DNA of 64,000 nt from a virus: IMG/VR virus record IMGVR_UViG_3300046467_002136, positions 32,001 to 96,000 of that record; one strand, 5' to 3'. The position numbers and the translations under genes are program-made. This document shows positions 8,952 to 19,411 of the stretch, in pieces (the stretch's first letter is position 1; each line of letters opens with the position of its first letter). A model generated the notes under the pieces. That model did not search any database. It was given only the letters and a program-made list of their open reading frames with translations, and was not told the origin of the DNA.

Positions 8952-9806
8952 TTACCCCACCTCAGAACTGGGATTCTGGCCGTTCTCTAGTTCCTCTACC
9001 TTTTGGGCAAGTTCTTTAACTGCCTCTATCAGCACAGGAACTATTGTTCCATAGTCAACCCCGTAAGCATCGGACCACCCGTTAGCGTTCTCAACGTCTT
9101 TGTCCGGGTCATACAACACGGCGGAAGGGATAATAGCAGCAGAGTCCTGGGCGATGATCCCGTATTGGTAACCGTCCATCGTTTGGAATTCTTCAGTAGT
9201 CCCAGCAGGAGTTCGTTTCTTGTATTTCACACCCACTAGACGCTTAATGCGTTCTAACCCATTCGTGAGTGGCTTGATACGGGTTTTCATTCGCTTATCA
9301 GATGAATGACTATGTGAGTTGGCGTTGATGGAATTGAACTGTCCGGTACTCGCGGTAATGCCGTTAGTGACATTCAGGGCAGCTGTACCCGAGCCCGTAA
9401 GAGCAATCTTCTCACCAGTTAGGGTGCCTTCAAATACTGGTCGCGTGCCCCCTTTCCCATCCGTATCAGCAAGAGACACAAAGGCATCTGTCTGACCGTC
9501 TAAACGTCCAAAGCAGACACATCTCTTTAATTTCATATCTAAGAATGCGACCAAAACTCGATCCCCAACGATTAAAGGGTCGATTGGGGACTGGTTGGTG
9601 ACGCTGACTGCACTGAGCGTAGCTCCTATACCCAAAATCTTGATTGATATTTGGCCTATCTTCCTTTTGCCAAGTTTGACTGTTGATGGCACAACGTATA
9701 ATACTTTTGCCTCATAAATGGCGCCCGGTTTGACCGCTCCGGTTGAACCACCTGCCCCAGAACGAAATTTGCTTGGATCAGAAAAAGGTAGACTTGTATT
9801 AGTCAT
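8952..9806 (-). CDS. Baseplate central spike with C-terminal peptidase S74-type intramolecular chaperone
   Basis: N-terminal OB-like part (GDRVLVAFL...CFGRL), then HSH, then SDKRMK...GIIAQD...VDYGTIVPVLIEAVKELAQKVEELE. Confidence 0.75.
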   Translation of the reverse strand: MTNTSLPFSDPSKFRSGAGGSTGAVKPGAIYEAKVLYVVPSTVKLGKRKIGQISIKILGIGATLSAVSVTNQSPIDPLIVGDRVLVAFLDMKLKRCVCFGRLDGQTDAFVSLADTDGKGGTRPVFEGTLTGEKIALTGSGTAALNVTNGITASTGQFNSINANSHSHSSDKRMKTRIKPLTNGLERIKRLVGVKYKKRTPAGTTEEFQTMDGYQYGIIAQDSAAIIPSAVLYDPDKDVENANGWSDAYGVDYGTIVPVLIEAVKELAQKVEELENGQNPSSEVG

Positions 9807-10942
9807 TGTGGTTCCAAAACCAATTGTCGCCTGCTTGTATTTCTTCGCGGATCACCCTGATCACCGATGCTGATTTGAGGTATGTCCTTAGCGATACGTT
9901 CAGGAGATCTAAACTGAACAGTAACAGGACCGGTGCCATAGTGTTCGAACGAAACGCTACTAATTAAGTAATATCCGTTAAAATAGGTGGTCCCAAATTC
10001 ATTTCTGTCCATATCCAAGGCTATCGTCATACCCGGTCTTAAAGCCCTTGCATTAAACCGATCGAACATGAGACTTCCGGTTACTTCGAGAGGGTTGTTA
10101 TCGGAACGAGTGGCTGTGGGCATGTCTAAAAGACGGAACGTGTCGAAACTCTCAGCGGAGTCGGAGATTGCTGAAGGCCAACCCACACGGATGTAATTCA
10201 TCCCGACGCGTGTATCTCTTGGCGTGATTGTGTTGAGAGCAATATTTTGATCGTATTTGATACCCCACCGACCTAAAAGCCATTTCTGTGTACCAAACCA
10301 TAAAACATTGTCGGCCTCGAAAAGCATGAACTTAGATGGGTCACCCTCAGGTGTAGAACCGCCCTGGACCTTAACCAGCACATCCCAAAGCGATTCTTTT
10401 GCACCATCGTCTCCTTCAGCCTGCCATTCCGCTTCGGCCTCGTTTGTGTATTGAACTACGGAATCCAAACCGGCCCAACGAGCTGCGTTCTTCACAAAAG
10501 CTGATCCAACACCACCAATAACGCCCTCCGTTTTACATCTCTTTAATTCCTGAACTCCTTTAGGGCGAAGCTGCAAAGTCCAAACTGCTCCAATCCCTGG
10601 TCCTGGACCCATAGTTGCACTAGCAATTTCCATTCTCTGCCAAAGCCGGGTACCGGCTATGGTCGCAGTTTGATGTAAAGCCAACTCGTGTAGTGTCCAA
10701 CTCCTGTACCAAACAGTTCTAGCTATAGCAAAATAGTTGTTTCTAGCCAATACGAATTGATGATCGTGGACCGTAACTGTGACCTGACTCACCATGTCCA
10801 TGCTGTATTCAGTTTGGATAGCCAAAATGGCTTCGTTGATGCCCGACAAGGCATCAGCCATATAAATATCATCCCAAGCTAAGTCGCAGCCCTGTCGGGG
10901 TCCTGCGTGAGCCGGTGCACCGGAATCAGACGTTATAGGCAT
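9803..10942 (-). CDS. Baseplate hub protein (T4 gp27/P2 gpD-like)
   Basis: 379 aa upstream of the spike, with ESLWDVL, LRPGMTIAL and FNGYYLISSVSF motifs. Confidence 0.65.
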   Translation of the reverse strand: MPITSDSGAPAHAGPRQGCDLAWDDIYMADALSGINEAILAIQTEYSMDMVSQVTVTVHDHQFVLARNNYFAIARTVWYRSWTLHELALHQTATIAGTRLWQRMEIASATMGPGPGIGAVWTLQLRPKGVQELKRCKTEGVIGGVGSAFVKNAARWAGLDSVVQYTNEAEAEWQAEGDDGAKESLWDVLVKVQGGSTPEGDPSKFMLFEADNVLWFGTQKWLLGRWGIKYDQNIALNTITPRDTRVGMNYIRVGWPSAISDSAESFDTFRLLDMPTATRSDNNPLEVTGSLMFDRFNARALRPGMTIALDMDRNEFGTTYFNGYYLISSVSFEHYGTGPVTVQFRSPERIAKDIPQISIGDQGDPRRNTSRRQLVLEPQ

Positions 10943-10944
10943 CG

Positions 10945-12732
10945 TTAGTAGCTGTCGACGCCGATATCAGTATCCGGATATGGTCCGGAGTGTAGATTGT
11001 CACCAGGCCCGTGGGGCATCTCCACGAGCGCGCTTGGCAGCCCAGGACTAGATGCTGTGTTTCCAGGTTCTCCCGGCACCGCTGGGCCTGTCATCGGCGG
11101 CATAGACATTTCTACGACTCTCATTTGTTCGATAGGAATTTCTTGCAAAGTCATAGAACATTGTGCGGCAGCGATTTGTTTGTCGCCTTCACCAACCACC
11201 CTACGAGCAGACTTCACAGTGAAATTGGCTATAACAAACTGCATGGCTCGACCTGTTGTTTGAGCCCGCTTCATTTGAATCGCAAACAATTGATCCATTC
11301 CGAAAATGGAAACAGGTAACGGTCGTTGCGCCATCTGACGAAGCTGATCTATATCCCACGACACGTCTTTGTAAAGACCATCGCCCTGACCCGGCTGACC
11401 ATCCAAGTTGTTATGGGCAATCAGAAAATCGAATGAAACTTTCATCAATGCCCAATCTGACCACTCAACTATTGGAAAATCTCCTTTACGGGGTATTTCA
11501 ACCCAGCGAGAACCCAAGCCTTGATAGCTAACAGTGTTTGGAACATTTTTAAAATAGTATTTATGTGGTTCCTCTAGGTATGTGCCAACTTGTTGAATGT
11601 AGGGTTTTTCGCCTGCTTTCTCGGCTGGTTTGGTGTAACCGATTGGGGCGCGAACAATCAGTTTTGATACAGCAGGTGTAGGCGCTGTTATTGTTGCAGG
11701 AGGAGATTTGCTTCCTGATCCTTCGCCTTTCGCAGTGTGTGAAACGTCTGGTCGGATAACTTGAGTTGCTGGTCCTGTCGGAAAATGAGGGTTAGTTACG
11801 CCTCCGTTGCGATACCATGTGATTTGAGACTCCGTGTAACCTGCTTCTATTAACGCATCACGAACGAGTACGTCAACGTTACTTCCAATGCCCGGCGAGC
11901 CATGCGTCCCAACGTTGGCGTGCGTATTTATAACCCCTCCTTCAATCCCTTTCATTAGATCACGGTGTCTCGAATATTTTCCTTGCCACCGGATTCCATC
12001 ACCAGAGGTCGCTAAAAATGGGCGTATTGCCTGAGCTGCCTCAGGAGTAGATATCACAGCTGTAGCCTGTCTGGCACCGGCAGCTGCCCTCGATGCTTCC
12101 CAATTCTCCGGCGATTCTTGAAATGTCGATGGTCCTAGGTGGTTCGCATTGCTGCCTAGGAAGCTGGGTGAAATAGCGTGGGGACCGATCGGACCATACG
12201 GAAGCTGAGCACTGATTCCGGTAGTGGGGAGGCCGCCGCCCCCGGTGTACACCCTGTACTCCTGCTGGGTCATAGCTTTATATTTAGTGTATTGATGAAA
12301 TCCGATAAAGTCCTTCCGGAGCGTGCGGTTACGCTTTTCAGCATAATAAAAAATAGCGCTTGAGGCCGTGGAGTCCATTCCCAAAGCAGGAGCGTTCTCG
12401 CTCGTTCTTTCGAGAATCCACAGCAGTCGACCCAGCCCCTGCTTCTCGTGTTTGTCCGAAAATGTTACGCCAATAGCATCAATACGCCTAAAGACCGCTC
12501 CATTGAATTCCGCTCCGGTGATGGCAGCCGTCATGCCTGGTCCGTAGGAGTATTGGAAACTCTCTAAATCACCCACATTATGATTGAAGTCGTCGAAGCC
12601 CGAATTAATAAGGTTTGAGTCGAATTCATCAAAGTAGATTATGGAGGACCTTGCTGGCCAGTTCGTACCATTAACAAAATTTGCGTATCCCACGTCAGGC
12701 CCTTTCGTAAGTGTCGACTGAGCGGCGGGCAA
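10945..12732 (-). CDS. Tail tube initiator/distal tail-like protein with an uncharacterised N-terminal region
   Basis: 595 aa immediately after the tape measure gene. The C-terminal half (PNTVSY..WVEIPRKG...CSMTLQE) looks P2 gpU-like. Confidence 0.55.
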   Translation of the reverse strand: MPAAQSTLTKGPDVGYANFVNGTNWPARSSIIYFDEFDSNLINSGFDDFNHNVGDLESFQYSYGPGMTAAITGAEFNGAVFRRIDAIGVTFSDKHEKQGLGRLLWILERTSENAPALGMDSTASSAIFYYAEKRNRTLRKDFIGFHQYTKYKAMTQQEYRVYTGGGGLPTTGISAQLPYGPIGPHAISPSFLGSNANHLGPSTFQESPENWEASRAAAGARQATAVISTPEAAQAIRPFLATSGDGIRWQGKYSRHRDLMKGIEGGVINTHANVGTHGSPGIGSNVDVLVRDALIEAGYTESQITWYRNGGVTNPHFPTGPATQVIRPDVSHTAKGEGSGSKSPPATITAPTPAVSKLIVRAPIGYTKPAEKAGEKPYIQQVGTYLEEPHKYYFKNVPNTVSYQGLGSRWVEIPRKGDFPIVEWSDWALMKVSFDFLIAHNNLDGQPGQGDGLYKDVSWDIDQLRQMAQRPLPVSIFGMDQLFAIQMKRAQTTGRAMQFVIANFTVKSARRVVGEGDKQIAAAQCSMTLQEIPIEQMRVVEMSMPPMTGPAVPGEPGNTASSPGLPSALVEMPHGPGDNLHSGPYPDTDIGVDSY

Positions 12733-15700
12733 TACGATCCATTACTTCATCCGCGATTTCTGCTGGAGATGCGTTATCCCCACCTACAACATTGATTGTG
12801 TAGTTATTGCTTTCCCCGCCTCCGGATTGAGCAGTGGAAGGCACGCCGTGTAGGTGTCGTGTTCTTCCTGAGCCGTGCATGTCGGCGTAGCCGCCAGCAT
12901 TACGAATACCGGTCATTACTGACCCTAAGTTGCTGCCGGACTGGTCAAACGCTCCACCGTAAAGATGGTCGGAATTGCTTGAACCTAAGCCTCCTTGTAG
13001 GCGACCACGCATGGCGACCACTCCGCGACGCGGTGTAGAAGTATCGCTGGTTTGTCTCCAAACATCAATTGCAGTAACGAGATCAGTTACCCCACCAATG
13101 AAGCTTGCGACAGCACCTTCGAACTTGTCTTGAGGGGCCATCAGGTCCTCTTTAGTCATTTGGGCTAGATCGAAATTGATGCCATGCTCTGCCAGTCTTT
13201 CCTTCAGAACGCCAGCTGTAAGGAATGCCCCAGTGTCTGTGTCGCGATAAAAATCTCTCTCCAGCAGCCCGGAACCCTCAATACCCCTCATGTCTCCAAG
13301 CTGTGAATAAACGCCCGACAGGCTTGAACCACTGACTCCAGCTCCGAGGATTGAACTGAATATGATTTCAGCAGCATCAAATTTTTGTAATGCGGCACTT
13401 CGATCATTACCGGCAAGAGCACCCTGGACACCGTCGATACTGCGAAACTTCGACTCCAGCCCCCCGAGCATCTGGCCTTCTCCGAAGACTAGACCACCGG
13501 GACCAAACAAGCTTTGCATCTGCCGTGAACCAGCGGTTCCAGATCCGGTGAGCGTTGTCATAGCTTGAAAAACGTTTCCAAATTCAGTTAGTACAGTTTT
13601 CTGATCATCGTCAGAAATGGGACCGTCCTTTTTGAGAATGTTTCTAATGTTTTGAGATGCTTCATCAAGCGTGTGCGGAGCGTCGATTCTTTCGATGGCA
13701 TCTCGCATGCCTTGCTGTATCGCAACTCTGCGATCTGCTGAAGCTGCCTGTAGTTCTCTTGTGTCATTTATTAGTGCCCCAGATAGGGAAATCGCCAAAG
13801 CACCCCACCCGGCGGTAGCGCTATAAAGTTCAGTGTTGGTGGCACCAGCCATAGCCAGAATTGATTCTTCGCCCATATTGAATGCGTCACCTAAGACACC
13901 TAGATTTATTGCCGTCCGGTCAATCACTGTATCGATCTTGCCCAAGTCATTGCTCAGTTGAACGGCCAAGGCGGCGACGAGAGACCCATAGTCTTCCTCT
14001 TTAAGACCAGGCTCAATCATGTGGGCAAACGCGGGATCATTCTGCAGACGATTTATAATTGCAGCCTGTTGGCCCGTATCGCCTGACAAAGCTGCATCGA
14101 AAAGATCATCGCGATACCCTCCTGCCGCACTATCCGCCATAGTCTGTTTGACTGATCTAGTTGTTAGAGCAGATCCACCTCTACCCTCGACATTGACTTT
14201 GAGTTGAGACGCTATGGCGTCTATCATCGCGTCGGAAATAGCGCGACCGGCTTCTTGGGCCAGCCCTCTCGCAGCAGCCGATTTTCTAGCTCCGGCAGTT
14301 AACCATCCATAAGCACCGCCGATTATGGCACCACCCAAGGCACCCCACGGGCCTGCGTACAGGCCAATAGCGGCACCACCTGCGGCGCCACCCAATGCCG
14401 AGTGCGTTTGATTTTGGCTAGTGGCAGCCAAACCAAGTCCGGCGATACCTGCACCGATTTGCGGACTCATGAACGCAGCCGCTCCACCTAAGGCCATTAC
14501 GCCTTGAGACTCTTCACCTACTCGACTTGAAAGCATCCCCAGCCCCATGCCAAGGCCAACCCTTGCACCCATGCTGCCAGCGAGTTTTCCACGGAAAGCT
14601 TCGCTTGGCTGTCGAGCAGCACGCAGACGGGAACCGACCTGTCGTTGCCACATCGTGCCCGTCTTTCCAGCGGCCAACTGCTCCGAACCCACCCGTTGGC
14701 GGAAACTCATAGATTTCATACCTTGCGCGTTCAACGCCGCCCGGTTACCCGCATTGAGTTGTCCTTGTCCGGTAACTCCAGTGGCACCAGCCCCCCCTCC
14801 GGCTACATTCACTTGACCGGCAGTTACATTCATTGTTTGTGTTTGTTTCATGAACAAGAAACCGCCAGCCCAATTTTTAAGCTTGCTCAAAATCACCATT
14901 GCGGCTGCCAACAACCCGTAAGCGCCAGCACCGTCTCCGACGGCACCGAGCATTCCGCGACCCCCACGAATAACGTTGGTCAACATATCTACGATGCTTT
15001 TAACACCACCCAAAATTCTGTTTATGAACGGCAAGGCTTCAAAGAAGAGCGCTTTTAATTCGTTTTGGAAATTACCAAACGCAGCAAATAGTTCGCCTAG
15101 GCGTGTACCGAATGCTCGAACTCCGGATTCATTTTCCTGCAACATCTCATTGAAGGTGCCGAAGGACTCTCTTATGTAGTCGCCGATTGCTCCGAATATG
15201 TTTCCGAACATGCCTTCGAGAACTCTGGCTCCGTCAATGAGGGGACGCAACCGATCCAAGACGTTGTTCCAGCCGTCAACAAAACCTTTCCAACGATCAG
15301 CGATTCTTCCGAACATGCCTTCGACTTCTGGTCCGCGACGAACCAGAGAGACGAACATGTCCGTAGCTTTTTCTGCGAAACCAGTTATGGAAGCCAGGAA
15401 AGGACCATTACCGAATTCCATAAGGGGTAACCACACTCTAGACATGGAGTCACGGAATATTCTCGTAACTTCTTCTAAGCGCACCTTAAGCGGCCCCAAA
15501 AACGCTTGACCTAAGTCGGCAAAATCCGCCCTAATTCCTGTAAAAGCTGACTTAAATTGACCAATGAGAGTGCCGCTAACGGCTTTCCATTGGCCCGTTA
15601 CGCCGCCCGCAGCGGCCAACGATCCGTCCGACAAGGCTGCCTGTAGCTGTTCGCGGGAAGTAATACCCAAATCTTTCATAGCTTGCTTCATGGGTTCCCC

Positions 15701-16465
15701 CATGGATTTGGCCTGTTCCCGCCAATTGCCTTTGCCCGATTGTATGGATGCGATCAACTCACCTGCTGATGACATTCCTTTTTTCATATCCCCACCAGCG
15801 GAAGCAAAGTCCATCAACTGGCGAAGCATGCTTTGGGACCCTGTGCTGAAAGTCGATCTTTGGGACACTGCAGCATAAGCTGCTTCCAAATTTGCGGCTC
15901 CGGCAGAAGCCAAGGTCTGATCACGATGAAGGCCACGCATCACTACACGAACCTTGTTCAATCCAGTAACAAAACCGTCATATCCCGCCGTTGCGTTGCC
16001 CCTAAAGGCAAACATGGCGGCATTTTGTTCACGAAGAGCTGCTGCGGTACCAGCTAATGCCAGAGTTGCACCAGCGGCAGCGCCGCCCAGAACATTCAAT
16101 AAGCCTGTATACGTTTTAACAAGCCCTTGACCTATTTTAAATAGGCCATGAAGTGACACCATCGAAATAGCCATCAAAGCCATTTCTGCTCCAGCGGCTT
16201 TCATGGCGAGTTTCAGTCCACCAAGAGTGGCAGTACCAAACTTCTTGATTACAGTATCAAGATCGTCGAAATGCTTTTTCCATTTACCCGCCGACTTGCC
16301 CAAAGTATTTTCCATTTGGGAGCCATAGTTTTTGAAAACACGGGTAGATTTAGCACCCAATTTGTCAACAGTACGTTCCAGTGAACGTATTTTGCGCTCT
16401 AGTTTGTCGAGTTTACGGGTGCCGTCAACATCAACCTGAATTTTAAGTTCGGTTTCTGCGGCCAT
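12695..16465 (-). CDS. Tape measure protein with C-terminal M15-like peptidase motif
   Basis: 1256 aa, Ala/Gly-rich and helical with hydrophobic segments, downstream of the chaperone genes. SDHLYGGAFD...HLH lies near the C-terminus. Confidence 0.88.
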   Translation of the reverse strand: MAAETELKIQVDVDGTRKLDKLERKIRSLERTVDKLGAKSTRVFKNYGSQMENTLGKSAGKWKKHFDDLDTVIKKFGTATLGGLKLAMKAAGAEMALMAISMVSLHGLFKIGQGLVKTYTGLLNVLGGAAAGATLALAGTAAALREQNAAMFAFRGNATAGYDGFVTGLNKVRVVMRGLHRDQTLASAGAANLEAAYAAVSQRSTFSTGSQSMLRQLMDFASAGGDMKKGMSSAGELIASIQSGKGNWREQAKSMGEPMKQAMKDLGITSREQLQAALSDGSLAAAGGVTGQWKAVSGTLIGQFKSAFTGIRADFADLGQAFLGPLKVRLEEVTRIFRDSMSRVWLPLMEFGNGPFLASITGFAEKATDMFVSLVRRGPEVEGMFGRIADRWKGFVDGWNNVLDRLRPLIDGARVLEGMFGNIFGAIGDYIRESFGTFNEMLQENESGVRAFGTRLGELFAAFGNFQNELKALFFEALPFINRILGGVKSIVDMLTNVIRGGRGMLGAVGDGAGAYGLLAAAMVILSKLKNWAGGFLFMKQTQTMNVTAGQVNVAGGGAGATGVTGQGQLNAGNRAALNAQGMKSMSFRQRVGSEQLAAGKTGTMWQRQVGSRLRAARQPSEAFRGKLAGSMGARVGLGMGLGMLSSRVGEESQGVMALGGAAAFMSPQIGAGIAGLGLAATSQNQTHSALGGAAGGAAIGLYAGPWGALGGAIIGGAYGWLTAGARKSAAARGLAQEAGRAISDAMIDAIASQLKVNVEGRGGSALTTRSVKQTMADSAAGGYRDDLFDAALSGDTGQQAAIINRLQNDPAFAHMIEPGLKEEDYGSLVAALAVQLSNDLGKIDTVIDRTAINLGVLGDAFNMGEESILAMAGATNTELYSATAGWGALAISLSGALINDTRELQAASADRRVAIQQGMRDAIERIDAPHTLDEASQNIRNILKKDGPISDDDQKTVLTEFGNVFQAMTTLTGSGTAGSRQMQSLFGPGGLVFGEGQMLGGLESKFRSIDGVQGALAGNDRSAALQKFDAAEIIFSSILGAGVSGSSLSGVYSQLGDMRGIEGSGLLERDFYRDTDTGAFLTAGVLKERLAEHGINFDLAQMTKEDLMAPQDKFEGAVASFIGGVTDLVTAIDVWRQTSDTSTPRRGVVAMRGRLQGGLGSSNSDHLYGGAFDQSGSNLGSVMTGIRNAGGYADMHGSGRTRHLHGVPSTAQSGGGESNNYTINVVGGDNASPAEIADEVMDRIARRSVDTYERA

Positions 16466-16505
16466 ATGTTTGCCACCCTTAACTCAACTGGGCCAAAAGG
16501 TAGCG

Positions 16506-16712
16506 CTAAGAGCCCTTTTGTAGCTCTCGGTCACGCTCCATTTTCTCACGATCGTTCTCTACAACTTTAGCACAGGCCATCAAAATCAGCCATTCCTCAT
16601 CACTACAATCTAGTAGTTCTAAAGGACTAGTGTGAAAGACTTCGGAGAGACGCGCAGCATTCATTATCGCACTCTGCGCTACAAGCGCATCGAAGGCTAG
16701 TTCGTAGGGTCC
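16506..16712 (-). CDS. Tail assembly chaperone, second segment (gpT-like; -1 frameshift product or ATG at 16664)
   Basis: The -1 frame opens at GGACCCT (16706-16712) and reads YELAFDALVAQSAIMNAARLSEVFHTSPLELLDCSDEEWLILMACAKVVENDREK... to TAG at 16506, just before the tape measure gene. Confidence 0.65.
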   Translation of the reverse strand, partial: GPYELAFDALVAQSAIMNAARLSEVFHTSPLELLDCSDEEWLILMACAKVVENDREKMERDRELQKGS

Positions 16713-17239
16713 ACGGTTTCAATAGTGTCACCATAACCAGCGGCTTCAAGTACTGCCAACGCTGCTCCTTCCACATGTGGGTCCGTACCAAAGAAGTTTC
16801 TAACTGCATCTGGTACTGGCCTCGCAGCATTAGTCATTTCTAAAATCTCAGGAGCAGCAAAGTTGAGCGAGTTTCCAGCTTCATCGAACGCTTCAACTCC
16901 GTCTATGCCTATGCCGACGCATGTTTGGCCAATCACTTGGCAGGCAAACTTGATCGGATCAAGGCCATTCTTTGTTTCTTCGCCCGCATTCTTGCGCCAA
17001 GCCTTCATTTGGGCTTGCGTAATGTTTGGGCTGATTCTCAAATGAACGTCAGGACGGTCAGGAACCTCTAATAGAACAACATTACGTTCTACTTTGGCGG
17101 AGACAACAGCCTTCAAGCGGTCAAGAACTGTCTCTTCAACGGGCAAAACACCCGGAGAGTCATTCTTGGTTTTCTTGGCGGCGGGTTTCGAGTCTGAGGT
17201 CGTAGCCTCAGCTGCTTCGTCATACAATGAGTCACTCAT
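16697..17239 (-). CDS. Tail assembly chaperone (gpG-like)
   Basis: 180 aa between tube and tape measure genes, ending VDPTN. Confidence 0.75.
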   Translation of the reverse strand: MSDSLYDEAAEATTSDSKPAAKKTKNDSPGVLPVEETVLDRLKAVVSAKVERNVVLLEVPDRPDVHLRISPNITQAQMKAWRKNAGEETKNGLDPIKFACQVIGQTCVGIGIDGVEAFDEAGNSLNFAAPEILEMTNAARPVPDAVRNFFGTDPHVEGAALAVLEAAGYGDTIETVDPTN

Positions 17240-17287
17240 AAGGCGTACACTATCACGCTATTCTCTCCACATAGGGGAGGAGCTCAT

Positions 17288-17764
17288 TTAGTTGGCTGCT
17301 GTACCGCCACCGGTTATGCCTTGTACTGCGAAGGTCAGTGCGAATGTTGCTGGGGCACCTGAAGATGCGTCACCTTCAGCTTCCGTAAGTCCTACAAGCA
17401 ATGTGTTGCTGTATAACCTGTCAAGATTCTTGACGTTAATATCGCAATCGTAGGTTTGAACCGTAATGTCATAGTAGGCACTGCCTACGAGTGTCCTGAG
17501 TTGATTCAGTTTGAGAGCAATACCTGTTCCAGAATCCGATTCTGTTATGTCGTCATCGTAGTGGGCAGTCAGGGTGATGTCGCCAATCTCGTAAGGCGCA
17601 CAAAGAACCGAAGGGAACTTGTCACCACCTTCATAGATCCTCTCGACAGCAGCCGTGATTTCACCACCAGAGATCTGAGCGAACTTAAACCCTACCCACT
17701 TGGGGTGAGTTATGTTCTTCGGTTCAATCAGTCCGAGTACTTGTCGCTGTGAAATTTTGGCCAT
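17288..17764 (-). CDS. Tail tube protein
   Basis: 158 aa right after the sheath gene, with FAQISGGEI...IGDITLT and ATFALTF motifs. Confidence 0.8.
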   Translation of the reverse strand: MAKISQRQVLGLIEPKNITHPKWVGFKFAQISGGEITAAVERIYEGGDKFPSVLCAPYEIGDITLTAHYDDDITESDSGTGIALKLNQLRTLVGSAYYDITVQTYDCDINVKNLDRLYSNTLLVGLTEAEGDASSGAPATFALTFAVQGITGGGTAAN

Positions 17765-17777
17765 TAGTTAGCCCTCC

Positions 17778-19268
17778 CTATACCACTGAGTTTGTGAGGT
17801 TCGATTTGACAATATCAACTTCGATTTTGTCGCCCACGCTCGACACCCGAAGACCGACCTTGGCTTTAACAAGCCCATCGGCAAGCTGTGTAACCGGATT
17901 GACGGCTGCGTCACACTGAACCGTGTAACCCTTGTCAATTCGCTTACCTTTCGTGTCGAAAGCTTCATACAACGCTCCGCTTTGACGCAGAGGCTCCAAG
18001 ATTCCGATGAGCCTGCTCTCGACCGCTGTGAAGATGTCGTTCCGACCGTCGATTACCGCGAAGATCAAATCTTCTAGAGCCACATTTGCTTCTGTCACCA
18101 CACCGTTGACCGTGTCCTGGCCGGTGATGTAGCGGAAGTTCGTGGTGTCTCCCGACAGAGAGCGGGCTCCGTAAACTCGAAGCGAACCGTTGATCACTCT
18201 CAGTGCATTCACGAGAGCTACGTCTAGGGAGTCACCAGAGATCTGATCGACTTCCAGCTCTGGGGAAACGACCCAGCGGGCGTTCGAAATGATTCCTGCA
18301 CCTGCTTGCTGTGGGCCAACCTGATTGTGTGCCCGCGAGCGTGTCGCCGCCACATAGCCATCCGGTGGGATCAAGCGAGTCACACCTGCTGTTGAGGTGG
18401 GGACGTTGATCCAAGGGAAGTAGCCAGCGGCATGTTCCGTGTTGGTTTCACTCGCCGTAATCAGCTCAGACCATGTTTCAGCCTGAGCGACCGTCTGCGA
18501 AGCTGCCGGATGCAAGATGGCGATCCGGTTGTAGGTGTTGGCGTGAACGATGAGAGCCTGATAAGTCGCTGTTGCCGAAGACTCTGGGTTTGATACGCAA
18601 CCTGTGCCGTAAGCATGGTTGAACAGGGTCAACGCTGCAGCGTGGCTTGAAGTCGTGATGGCCGCACGGTCATCCGTAGAAGCTGTAGTGCCGCCAGAGG
18701 GCTGATCCGAATAGGTCAGTGCCGTAGATCCGTGATTGCCCGGAAGGTTGGTTCCCAAACTTGAAGCCGTCACATACTTCGATGCGACTGAGCTGCCGTT
18801 AATCTTGCCGATAACCTGATCCACTGTGGTGCAGTTGCCCGAATTAAACACCTGAACGTTGTAGTAGAGAAGCTTAACAATGACGCTATTAGCGACAGTT
18901 CCTGCTTCAACGGTGAAGGTCATGTTTGCGGACCAGTCGCCCGGCCCTACAGCGGTTAGCTGCATTGAGTCACCCGCAGAGCTATCGAGGAGCTTATATT
19001 TGCCCTCAGTGGCTGATGCACCGACAACGCGAACGACATAACACTGAGTGCCGCCCTCTTCAAAGAAGGTTTCTACAGTCGGATGCAAATACGCGTAAGA
19101 CTGGTATCCACCATACTGTGATTCGAAGTCAGCAATGCTGGTGACCAGTGTGGCCTTTTCTTCAGGCCCTCTCAGAGCCAGACCGACAAAAAATGCTTGC
19201 GACGAATCGCGAATCGTGTCAGCTGATGGACCCGTTCTAACTGCTGTGGTAATAACTACGCCAGGCAT
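17778..19268 (-). CDS. Contractile tail sheath protein
   Basis: 496 aa: MPGVVI, AFFVGLALRGP, FFEEGGTQCYVVRV, YFPWI, IPPDGYVAA, VNALR, RVYGARSL. Confidence 0.93.
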   Translation of the reverse strand: MPGVVITTAVRTGPSADTIRDSSQAFFVGLALRGPEEKATLVTSIADFESQYGGYQSYAYLHPTVETFFEEGGTQCYVVRVVGASATEGKYKLLDSSAGDSMQLTAVGPGDWSANMTFTVEAGTVANSVIVKLLYYNVQVFNSGNCTTVDQVIGKINGSSVASKYVTASSLGTNLPGNHGSTALTYSDQPSGGTTASTDDRAAITTSSHAAALTLFNHAYGTGCVSNPESSATATYQALIVHANTYNRIAILHPAASQTVAQAETWSELITASETNTEHAAGYFPWINVPTSTAGVTRLIPPDGYVAATRSRAHNQVGPQQAGAGIISNARWVVSPELEVDQISGDSLDVALVNALRVINGSLRVYGARSLSGDTTNFRYITGQDTVNGVVTEANVALEDLIFAVIDGRNDIFTAVESRLIGILEPLRQSGALYEAFDTKGKRIDKGYTVQCDAAVNPVTQLADGLVKAKVGLRVSSVGDKIEVDIVKSNLTNSVV

Positions 19269-19411
19269 AAGACCTTCCCGTTCCTAATTGGAGCTTCCGG
19301 GTACCGGAGCCACCTTGTTAATTCTACAAAACGCTTCCGCGTATTTGTGTAACTGTTGACTATAGATTATCAGACCAGAAGCTTTCTCTAGTGAGACTTT
19401 ACAGTATGTAC

